This document shows, one piece after another, positions 27,104 through 39,055 of a DNA stretch of 64,000 bases (position 1 is its first letter; each line of letters starts with the position of its first letter). The position numbers were made by a program, and so were the translations under genes. This DNA comes from the human T2T-CHM13v2.0 reference genome, Homo sapiens, in assembly GCF_009914755.1 (NCBI RefSeq), contig NC_060942.1; one strand, given 5' to 3'. The notes beneath the pieces were generated by a model. The model saw only the letters and a program-made list of their open reading frames with translations. It did no database searches and was not told the origin of the DNA.

Positions 27104-29004
27104 TATTTAAGAGACAGATTGAATGAACTATGGCATATCAACATAACACAATACTTTGCATCTGCAAAAAAAGAAGATCCTTACAGATATAAAATGACAT
27201 CTACAATATATTGATAAGCAAAGAAAGCCAAGTGCAAATGCACACACTGTATGCCAACTTTACTATAATAAAGGGGACAAAACTATAGATAGATATATAT
27301 ACTACTATAGATAGATACGTCTACTTATGTTTACAAAAATGAACATGGGAAGGATAAACTAATGAGATTGGTGGACAGGTGAAAATATATTGGAGTAAGG
27401 AAGTGACACTTCTCCATATAGTTTTGTTTAGTTTTGCCTTCTGGAACCATGTTAATGTTTCATGTGCTCAAATATCACCTGCATAAGGACGAGTGCACAG
27501 TCAGCAAAATTCAAATTGTAGGAACCAATACAGGTCAAAGGGCCTAGGATCTTTAACAGACAAATTGTAAGGGGGGTTTAAAAATAAAAAAAAAGGAAGG
27601 AAACCTGCAGATTAAAAAAGATTTAAAAAGCATTTTGAATTAAAAATGGGCAAATTTTAGAGATCAGTGATGCGTACATGGGCAATAAAACTATGAAATG
27701 CAAGGAAGTGTTAGGATAGTGGTTAATTTGGGAGATATGGAAGGGTTTGTGCTTTAGGACATGGAGGGACATCTAAGGTTGCTGAAAAGTTATATTTATT
27801 GTCCTGGGTGGTGGCCACAAAAGCATGTGACTTATACTAAGTGGCATAATCGTTTGGTATTCTAGATCTGTGTTTTTAATAAATACCTTTTTGAAAAAAG
27901 ACTAAATGCCTGGCCATTCTTCAGCTGTCCATGTGATGTCCATCTGCAGGCATCCTTAAATCTTCAGTTCACATTTTTCTTGCCACCCAGGACAATTCTA
28001 TAATACATTCCTTCCATTAGATGATGTGTGATCAGAGAGTGCATTCTAGTTTTTATATTAGCTTAAGAAAAACATGAATAGTAGATTGTAAGTATTGCCA
28101 ACAATAACTTTTGTAATGCATTCCAGTACCAACTGTAAATTCCAAAGCCTGTCTTCTCTATCAGCTGTTTTAGATTATCTCCATTGCCATCCTCCTTCAG
28201 TAGCACAGACAATGAAAATACAATCCCATTTTCTTGAGCTAAATCTGTGAGAAGGTGAAAGAGGCCTAGTGTTCTTACATAAGAGCTGAAATTTTGTGAA
28301 CTCCCTGGACACACTTATCATCCTGGCTGCAGGCAGTTTTGGCTTGAGTAGTCAAGATTCTTTATTTGTGCTGACATTCAAACACTCACAACATTGTGGG
28401 AGAAAAAAAGCAAAATCAAAGCTGTTCTCATTGTCCAACTTCTTTCAGTTAGCTGTATAAATTGTAACTGATTAAGTCTGGGACATGAGTTGACAACCCA
28501 TTGGTCACTGCAAGTAGCAGCCTCTGGACTAAAAATCAAGTAGCTGTAGGTCTCAGGAGGAACTGCACGGGGTCCATATCCCAAAGAGGGGTGACCTCCC
28601 ATTCCAACAGCAATGACATATTCTTTCTTACCTTGTGCATTCAAGAACCATGTCCCCCTAAAGCCAGGCAAAACTGCACAGTCTCCCTCTGTCAAGTTCC
28701 CCAGAAGTCTAGATGAAGGTACAAGTGTTTGCTTCACCAGCAAGCCAAGGCAGCTTCATGAAAAATACCAAGTTCTCTCTCCTTCTATGGTTCTTGCCAT
28801 CTTGGGGCCCCCAAAACCAAGGCAAGCTTGATTACCTATCCTCCTCCTTAAAAATTAGATAGCTGTTTAACAATGATCCCAATGCCTTCCCTCCGTCCTC
28901 CTTCTACAAATGAATCCGCTACAGATGGGTTCCTGAAAATTTGAGTGCTAAATGTTAAAAAGCATGTAGAGATCTAATTACAATATTTAAAAGAACACAG
29001 CCAG

Positions 29005-29240
29005 GGCTAGTGTAGTCAAATTCAGAGAGACAGAAAATAGAATGAGGATTGCCAGGGTCTGCAGAGAGAAAGGAATAGGAAGTTGTTATTTAATGGGTAC
29101 AGAGTTTCCGTTGGGGAAACTCAAAGTGTACTGGAGATGGATGATGATTGATGGTTGCACGCGTACTTAATGCCAGTGAACTGCTCACTTAATGGTGAAA
29201 GCAGTAAGCTTCTGTTATGTATGTTTTTCTACAAAGTTAA
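29005..29240 (+). mobile_element. L1MB-like 3' end
   Basis: agtcaaattcagagagacagaaaatagaatg...tttaatgggtacagagtttc...ctggagatggat...gtacttaatgcc. Confidence 0.8.
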
Positions 29241-29503
29241 GGCATCAAAAATACCCTTGGGCAAAACAAAATTGTTTCATAAATCATCTTTTAGTTCTGC
29301 TTGGAAAGTGAACTTTCTTAAAAGGGGAAAAGATCTTCAACTGGCTAGCCTAGCAGTAGATACTCATTTCCTCGGTGCTACTCACTTTGTCAACAGTACA
29401 TCTTTAACCCGAGTCTGCACCCTATGAGTAGGGATGAAAGGCGGCATTCTATGTGCAGTCCCAGAGACAGTCCCTAAGGAAGTCATTAAGAATAGCAGTT
29501 CTC

Positions 29504-29848
<345 letters not shown>

Positions 29849-29979
29849 TCAGACTCCTCCCTTGCACAGGCCTGGCCAGTATCTACTGTTTTTTGCTTTT
29901 TTTTTTTTTTCTTGACAAGGACCTATCCTTCCCCCAGACAATTTTGTAAGCTTTCACAACATTTGGGCTCACCTCTGTG

Positions 29980-30190
29980 GGTCCCAGTGTCGGACAGATC
30001 AGATTTTGATCCCACCTCTGGCCTTCGATAACAGGCAAGTTACTAACCTTTCTTACTTTGCCTCAGTTTCCTCATCTGAGAAATGGAAATAATGGTAATA
30101 CCAACCCTGTGTCCCTATCAAGATTAACTATAATAAATCCAAGAAAACTGCTTGGTACTGAGACTGCTCATTGTAAATTCAATAAATGTT
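29980..30190 (+). mobile_element. MIR
   Basis: ggcaagttac...gcctcagtttcctcatctg...aatggaaataat...tcaataaatgtt. Confidence 0.8.
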
Positions 30191-31769
30191 CCCCTTTTAC
30201 CATCACCATTACCTGAGTCCCTCTAAAAGCCAGATCAAGTTCCTTCAACTGAAAGTATCTTTCCCATTTTCTTGGCCATGTTGCCTTAAATTCCTACAAT
30301 GAATGACTATTATCAGCTCTCAAATTTTATCAAATAACTTTAAAAGGTAAACATGTATGAATATAGTGTTAATTATCTGCAAACATTTAACTATTTTCCA
30401 TGCCTCAGTGTAACTGAATATATCAGTTCTTTGGCAGGCAGAGCAAAGGTACTGTAAAGATTTTCAGGATGATTACATTTTAATACCAGGATGAGGGAGT
30501 TAAGGCTTTATCAAGTGGGTACCACAGTGGTGGCCCTCTCCATCAGATACTCCAAGGACTTTGCTACCTCCAAGAAGTGACTGAAAAGCAAAGTATGGGT
30601 GAATGATGATGTGCAGACTTCTTGAAAATGTCCATTTTTAAAAATCTACATTTTTAAACTAAAAACATATCTACAAGGTGCTCCACATGGTAGTGCCTAT
30701 TGTCTAGGACTTTTAATTCTATAAACAAATCCCCACATGAACAATTTTGTTTAAAACAAATGGCTAAAGAATGCAGGAAATAAGGGGTCTGAACAGAGTG
30801 ACTGTTTGCCCTATAACTTTCCTCTCATCCCTATAAAGGAAGCAGAGTCTCTTTTTCAAAAGTGTAGCTCAAACCATTTCAGTGTTTGGCAGCAAGGAGG
30901 ACACAGGGGAGAGAAAGCTGCTTGGACGTAAAGTACCAATGTCAGGGTCCACTCACCCTGACCCTAGGCCAGCTGAGAACAGCACACAATGGCAGAAGTC
31001 TACTTTTTAAAAATAATTTTGTCCAATAATCATTAGTCTTCCTTGTTCAACACTGAAGGTGTCACGGGACTGTAAATTGACCATTTTGGAAGTATTTTTT
31101 TCAATACCTAGATCATTTAGTAGTATTTAAGATGAAAGAATATGGTATTTCAGAAGCATGCTAGGTCTAGACTGATAAGACTTTGGTCTTGGCTATGATA
31201 TACGGCGGAGGAAAAAAGCTGTTAAGCAGCAAATAACTTCAGTCTTAACTACAGAAGCCAAATTCCTGTGTCCAGTGTCCTCCCCATGCCTCAGCCCAGG
31301 TTCTCACAATTGATAGCTGAGAAGAGAGCTCATATCCACGTCTCTCGTTTTACACAATTGAGACAGCAAGAGTCCTGAGAAACCTTCTGTCCATTTCCAT
31401 CACGTAGCAAAGGCTTGACTGTGACCCGACCATCAATGAAGTGTTGAGAGGGCCACAGGTGTGACTTCTGAGGGGGCTAATGAGCATCACGTCGTCAAAA
31501 CTTTTGTTTCACAGCCAAAGGACACACACCCAGTTACAACTTCCAGACATAAGCCACTAGTCACAAAGACAGTACCAGGAGAACATGTGGATGGCTAAAT
31601 GCCAATGGACCAACACAGCAAAGTAATGAAGAAAGAAACAGAAGTTCTGAAGATACAGCAAGCAAAGAATCAAAGAAGAAAAGCAGTATACTTTATTCAA
31701 TAATCAAAAGCTTCCACATGCATTTAATCTTGAGCTGGCCAGGGCACTAGGAATAGAGCAGCAGGCCAG

Positions 31770-32005
31770 CCAGTGGTTATGAGCCTGGCTCTGTGATCAG
31801 GCTAGGGGCTTAAATCTCAGCTCTGCCACTTCCTAGCTGAATGAACAGACAAGTTACACAATCCTTCAGTGCCTCGTTTCCTCATCTGAAAAATAATGAA
31901 GTACCTGTCTCATGAGGTTGTGAGGATTAAACAAGGTAATTCATAAAAAGCACTTTGAATGCCTGGGCATGCAATACATGCTCCACTGATATTAGGTATT
32001 AGTCA
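31770..32005 (+). mobile_element. MIR
   Basis: gtggttatgagc...gctctgccacttcctagctg...ttcctcatctg...gttgtgaggattaaa. Confidence 0.85.
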
Positions 32006-32138
32006 ACGTAATGCGGAGTCAGGAAAGGAACAAAATGGGTAAGAATAAGGCATGAGCAAGGAGGCATTTAGAGAATTTACTGAGTGAAACACATACCTAC
32101 AGCTTCCTATTTAATCTTTACAGCAAATCCATGAGAAA

Positions 32139-32452
32139 TTCCCATCTCCTTCCTTCTTGCTTCCTCCGGTCCTCTCTGTATGACCCAAGGCTCATTGGGT
32201 TGAGGGTGGGAGGAGAAAATTAACTACAAAAAAAGTAGTAGTAGTAGTAGAAGAAAGGTGAGTTGGTTAATGAAGAAAAAACGGGGAAAAGTAGCAGTAA
32301 AGTGTTCACCTAGAAGTAGGTCTGGTATCGGTCATGGCTGGATTTAGTAACTCTGCCAGCATCACCAGGACTTCATGTTTCTTCATCTTTGGTCTCTGCC
32401 CACCTCTGTGTTGGCTTCATTCTCAGGAATGGTTTGCATGAATTGTATCAGT
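32139..32452 (-). repeat. Left arm of a ~310-bp inverted duplication (partner 33557-33867)
   Basis: Reverse complement aligns end to end with 33557-33867; ORFs 32423..32614(-) and 33410..33742(+) share TDTIHANHS. Confidence 0.95.
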
Positions 32453-32516
32453 AATAAGACCATGAGGTCTTATTACCATCCAGATAACTGAGTCTCGAAA
32501 CCATTGAACACAGTTA

Positions 32517-32528
32517 CCTGACGTCAGG
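32517..32528. promoter_or_regulatory. Full palindromic CRE (TGACGTCA) within cctgacgtcagg
   Basis: Motif seen directly at 32519-32526; function is not shown. Confidence 0.4.
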
Positions 32529-32789
32529 ATAACTGAGAGTTTCCAAAATATTTGAGGATACTTCCTAGCAATCTTGAAGAAAAGGGTAAATAGTTTATTT
32601 CTAATCTCTCTCAAAGAACAGAGCTTGGAGACTCACAGCCTGAATTTCAAGGGAATGGGGAGGGAGAGAAGAAAGAAAGGAAACTAGAGACAGAAAAGAG
32701 AAAGTGTAGGGAAAATGGAGGTTAGGAACATTGGTGGACACAGGTTGAGGTGCTTAACCAGTATCATGCCCTCATCTTCCAGTGACAGC

Positions 32790-33270
32790 ACTGGTTAGGG
32801 ATCAGCAGAGACGACAGAGAGCATACCAGCTAGCTTTAGCACAAAGGGATTTATTACCGAGTATCAAGGGAGTTTCAAAACCAGTGATTTACAAAGCTTG
32901 AAGTAGTGGGGACTAGGTTAAGTTGCCAAAATGTCCCTTCACCCCAGAATCACCCCACCTCTGTTGTGATACAGAAAGTCGCCCCCTCACCGCTGTGGGA
33001 AGCTGCCATATGAAGTTGCCGGAAGCAGAATCGCACTGCCACAAACATGGTCTGCACCAGCCACATGTGCTGCTCCTTTACTTCCTCACTCAGTTCTGAA
33101 TTCAGGTTTCACTTGAGTGCAGATGACCGGCAGGACCTAAAGCACACCCAGAATGCCAGGTTTGAGGAATCTGGGAATGCTGTTTCTAGCTCTCCATCCT
33201 CTGAAATGTGGAGGCACAGCAGGTGCAGGCTGGAAATGCTATTGAGCTAACCAATCTACAGTACTACTTC
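32790..33270 (-). mobile_element. LTR33-like ERVL LTR
   Basis: gaggaatctgggaatgc...tagctctccatcctctg...gaaatgctattgagctaaccaatctacagta resembles a reverse-complement LTR33 5' end. Confidence 0.5.
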
Positions 33271-33299
33271 TGTGCCCGTTTTCTTTGAAGAGTCACTGC

Positions 33300-33710
33300 T
33301 TCCACCATTTATCCATGTAGCTGAGGTAGGTGTGGCCCTAACTCCTGTAGCCAAGGGCAGAAGATGATCCAGACCTGGCCAGTCAGAGCTCTACATTCCC
33401 CTGACCCAAGTGAGCAGTTCTCAGATGGGCATATGTCCCAAGCTGGAGATCGGGCTCAATTCCATGATCTTTTTGAAAACCCTCTCTACTAAATCTGAGG
33501 CTTCAAGGATGAGAACCTGGCATTTCTGGAGGCTGTTGAATCCCCACAGCCATGCAACTGATACAATTCATGCAAACCATTCCCGAGAAGGAAGTCAACA
33601 CAGAGGTGGGCAGAGACCAAAGATGGAGAAACATCAAATCCTTGTGATGCTGGCAGAGTCCCTAAATTCAGCCATGGCCGATATCAGACCCACTTCTAGG
33701 TGGACACTTT
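33300..33710 (+). mobile_element. LTR16-like ERVL LTR fragment
   Basis: ggccagtcagagctctacattcccctgacc...gatgggcatatgtcccaagc...aattcagccatggccg...agacccacttct. Confidence 0.55.
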
Positions 33711-33867
33711 ACTGCTACTTTTCCTCCTCCCTTCTTCGTTAATCAACCCACCTTTCTTCTTCTACTACTACTTTTTTTCTAGTTATTTTTCTCCTCCCAC
33801 CGTCAACCCAATGAGTCTTGAGTCATATAGAAAGAATGAGAGGAAGCAAGAAGGAAGAAGATGGGAA
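33557..33867 (+). repeat. Right arm of the ~310-bp inverted duplication (partner 32139-32452)
   Basis: actgatacaattcatgcaaaccatt...gaggaagcaagaaggaagaagatgggaa matches the reverse complement of the left arm. Confidence 0.95.
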
Positions 33868-34267
33868 AAGAGGAAGAAAGGAGAGATGAAGGCTGGGTGA
33901 AGGACTTATAAGTCACATTATAAATATCTATAAATTATATTATGTGCCAGGTACCATGCTGGATACCGTTAATTCATAATCTTATTTAGAACTAATTTTA
34001 AAAGATAATATATATGCAAGCACTCAGTTGAGAAAACATGCAGTTTGGAATCCATCAGGCATCTAGAATTAATGTAATTACCATACCTGGATAAAACAGA
34101 AGCTGCCCTGAATTATATGAAGACTAAAATGGAAACAGCAACTCTTCTGTTGCAGCTCATTTCCTTAATCCTCATCACCACTGTATAATTAATGGAATTC
34201 ATTAATATGGCTCACTCATATAGTCACATTTCATTCCTGGCCATGACTGAATTTTCTTATCACTTAT

Positions 34268-34430
34268 GGTACAATGGCTAAGAGTACACAATTTGCTATC
34301 AGATCTGGGTTCAAAGTCTCTTTCTGACCATGAGATCCTGAGCAGGATTACTTACTGTCTCTGTGTCTTAACTTTTTCATTTGTACCACAGGAGCAATAA
34401 TTCCTACCTGAAGAATTAATGCAGGCAACA
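34268..34430 (+). mobile_element. MIR
   Basis: aatggctaagagt...ctgggttcaaa...tctctgtgtcttaactttttcatttgta...aataattcctacct. Confidence 0.6.
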
Positions 34431-34777
34431 CACATAGCTGGGGGTCTATGGATAGACTAGAGTCAGAGACCTGACAGGCTCCGAAACAGACTTAGGCATT
34501 TCTAAAGTGGAAACAGTAGTTGGTGGCAATTAAAGCAAATTATTAACAAAATATTCCATGACTTTGGACTAATGGTTTAAAAAAAGACATTGTCACCCCT
34601 GGCTCACTTCCATTCCATCCACCATTCAGAGCAAAAACTCACCCTAATCCCACAGAACCATGGTGAGTTTTCCAACAAAACTTTTGCGTCATTCCAGAGT
34701 AAGAGCCCCTAGTCTTGCAACTATTGCTTTTGCTGTGTATGTCAGAAAAAATATTAGATATTTTTGTTCCTTTAAAT

Positions 34778-35227
34778 CAGGGGTCCCCAACCACTGGGCC
34801 ATGGACAGGTCTGTGGCCTGTTAGGAACCGGGCTGTGGGCAAGTGAGCATTTCTACCTGTGCTCTACCTCCTGTCAGATCAGCTGCAGCATGAAGTTCTC
34901 ACAGGAGGGCTAACTCTCTTGTGAGCTGTGTATGTGAGGGATGTAGGTTGCACACTCCTCATGAGAATCTAATGCATGGTGATCTGTCACTGTCACCCAT
35001 CATTCCCAAATGGGACTATCTAGTTGCAGGAAAACAAGCTCAGGGCTTCCAATGATTCTACATTATGGTGAGTTGTGTAAGTATGTTACAATGTGATAAT
35101 AGAAATAAACTGTACAATAAATGTAATGTGCTTGAATCATCCCCAAACCATCCCCCACCTCTGGTCTGTGGAAAAATTGTCTTCTACAGAACTGGTCCCT
35201 GGTGCCAAAAAAGGTTGGGGACCACCA
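34778..35227 (+). mobile_element. MER1A hAT-Charlie
   Basis: TIRs caggggtccccaacc...ggttggggacc; internal tagttgcaggaaaacaagctcagggct; 8-bp TSD ctttaaat/ctttcaat. Confidence 0.9.
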
Positions 35228-35600
35228 CTTTCAATGAACAATGTAGGTTCCACTGAAGGATATGTGGGAAGATGAAGAAGAGGGTTACAATTCACCCGGG
35301 TTAGCAAAGGTCCTCCATGCCACTAAATTTCCTCTCTCAAAGACAGTGGCTTCATAGCTTTCTCTTTCCAACCATCCCCATCTCCTCCTGCCCACTGGGG
35401 CTGGTTACCACCAACTCCTCCCTTCTCAGCCACTCCCTCTCTTTCCTCATGTAGAGTAATGTGGTCCTGATTCTTCAGTTAGCATCTTCACCTCATCCCC
35501 TAGCCTTGGAACCAATCTTCCTTCAAGAAGGCTTTAAGGTTGGTAAGGGGTGGCAGGGAGGAGAGTATACATAATGATTTTTCCTTAGCAACTTTTCTAA

Positions 35601-36374
<774 letters not shown>

Positions 36375-37517
36375 CCAGATTTCTTTTAATTGCTTTTATT
36401 ATCATCTAACATCAAAACTTGTGTGGAGAAAGTGTATGTCCAGCACAGGACATTATGGAATTAGTGAGGGGAGTGCATTCTTTTGTTGAGCCAGATTCTC
36501 TATTTAAATCTTTGAAATTTTAGAAGAAATTGTGCCTTGCCACCATACACACCCTTCAACACCCTCCTTGTCACTATTAGTTTTTCCAAAAGATATTTTC
36601 CTTTCTACTTTGCCCATCTTTAAATGATTAGCAAATTCAACAACTGATTAGTTAGAACATCCACAAACCTGAAACATTTAAAAATAGACATAGTACAGCA
36701 AGACTGGAGTAAGAAATGCCAAAAAAAAGATCCACCTCAATTCAAGTGCCCATCATTTGCAAGAGACCATTTGTTATTACAAATGTGAATTCCTTTTTTT
36801 TTTTTTAATATATTTTTACTAACACCACAAATTGGGTCCCATGAAGCTAATGAAAACGTAGGAAAAATGCAAACTCAGATAATGCCAAGATCCTTCTTTA
36901 GGGTGATACAATGGCAGAGGATACTGGAGCAGCAAAATGAGCTAAGTTTTCCTGTGACTGTCTGTCTTATTCTGCTTCTGCCTTTCAACAACCATATCAG
37001 AAGAGAGATCATGAAGTTATACACACTATTATCATCATCATCCTTATGTGGTTCTCTGTTTTTTCCTTCTATCAATTCATTAGAATTGCAAAGATTCAAG
37101 GCACTGATCTTTTATATTTCTTTTGTATCCCTAGTATGTATGCAAAGTATAAATTCAATATAAAACCATTGGATAAATAAGTTTTCCCATCTACAAAGAT
37201 CTAGGTTTTTAAAAACCACATTGAAAACAGAAAATACATATAATACAAAAAGGGTATATATATGTATGTAACAAGACATTGGATAAAGAGAAAAGTCCTC
37301 TGAGTCCTGAGCTGGAAAAAATCTTAAGATGTGATCACCATAAGCTGTAATAACCAGGAAAGGCCTTATGGGAAGCCTTGAGGCATGAGTAGGACTTGGA
37401 AGGCAAGAGGCATAGGGAAGAGGACCCCACAGAGAGAAGCAAGGCCTGAACAAGGGTTAAGTGCCAGAAGACTACAGAGTGATCAAAGCTGCTATGCGCT
37501 CTGACAAAACTAAAGAT

Positions 37518-37710
37518 GGCGCAGCCTAATGGTTAAGAACTCAGGTGTGAGGTCAGACAGACTTGGGATCAGACTCCAGCTTCACATGCACAGGCTCTGC
37601 ACCCTTGGATAACTTGCTAAGCCTCTGTGCCTTGTCTCGAATCATAAAATGCAGTGACAATACCAACCTCCGAGGGCTGTCATGGAAACTAAAGGAGGTA
37701 AGCTGGAATC
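37518..37710 (+). mobile_element. MIR
   Basis: gcctaatggttaagaac...gtcagacagacttggg...gcctctgtgcct...taaaatg...aataccaacctc. Confidence 0.7.
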
Positions 37711-38939
37711 ACACTCACATGCTCCCAGGAAGAGAAAACTCCATTTGTTAGTTGTTACACATAGAGCACTAATAGGACAATATTTCTTAAACTGTCCCTG
37801 AAAAAAATCCAGTGTGTGTATCCGCCATAGCCAAATGCTAATCATTTGCTCAGAAGATTCTGGAATGACCATGAGAAGAAAAGAAGCTGTGACTTCCACC
37901 GCCTCAAATATTAGAGCATAGAATTTGGCCCCTGGGGCTGAAATTCTTAAGTAGTTGAAGGAATGAGAGAAGCTAAGTGTTGTGAGGATTCATGAATTAA
38001 TTTCATCTAGACCACTCGGGTCCTTGGTCATAAGGTTCTTGTAAAGTTTTTATTATTATTTCTAAAACAATCACTCACCTCTACCCCTGTGAGGAGGCAG
38101 AATTTGGCCTTTAAAGATAAAGATGGCTCATCTCTCTGTAAAACATCTGATTTAAATATAGTCTCTGGCCTCCTCCAGGGAAGATACCTCCCTGCTTCAA
38201 GACCTTTCACATCCTGGGTCATTTTCAAGGTTTTGCTCATCTTTAAGTAATTACAGAATTATCTACTAATTATATGTTCCTGTGTTGTTATTAAATCCAG
38301 CAAGAACACAAAATGAAATTAGCATTATCTTCCTACTACAAAGTTGTTGCTCTTTCTTTCTCCCACCCCAGAAAACCTTCCCTTATCTTTCTATAAAGAG
38401 ACACACCAATTTTATTTTAGGAGAAACAGTACCTCTTATCCTTTTTAAAATACTGGAGACCAGGCAAGTACATTAGAAGAGGAAGATACAAAGCAGCTAG
38501 GAAGGAGATCTGAGGAAGTGCCAAGTGTTGGAGGTGGACATCTGAAGCTCTGTCCTGACCTCCTCAGGCCGAAAGGTCCTCAACCTCTCGATGACTCTGT
38601 TTCCATATCCAAAAGGGATGCCTTTGTAGTGCTGTTGTAAAAATGAAGTGGGAAGCCTGACACAAAATACATGTGACCACTGATAGAATCTTCTACTTTT
38701 TTTAAAAAATGAGAAGTTGGAAAAGGTATCTGTTGTTTCTCTCTGGTACTTTATCTCCTCTTATGCAGGCAAATAAGGAAGGATCCAATGGAGAAAGTAG
38801 GCAGAAGAAACTGGAAAACTTATCTAAGGAGGGCCCCTCTTCACCCCATAAGAGCTTCGCTGACGGAGGGTCACATAAGGCCAAAACAGTTATGGAGAGA
38901 GCCAGGAAGCAGCATGCTACCCTCTTCATAGGTTCAAGA

Positions 38940-39055
38940 CAAGACACAGAGGTTTGGCCAGTTGTCCAAGGGTGCAGAGCCTGTGCATGTGAAGCTGGAG
39001 TCTGATCCCAAGTCTGTCTGACTTCACACCTGAGTTCTTAACCATTAGGCTGCAT
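38940..39055 (-). mobile_element. MIR fragment
   Basis: cacagaggtt...ttgtccaagg...cccaagtctgtctgacttca...gttcttaaccatt. Confidence 0.65.

Noticed and set aside
34634-34671. 10-bp inverted repeat aaaactcacc...ggtgagtttt
   Set aside because: A short stem with an 18-nt loop is plausible by chance in 64 kb; no supporting context.
38709-39005. 98-aa ORF with a signal-peptide-like start
   Set aside because: Ends in a MIR, has a weak hydrophobic core and no recognisable homology.
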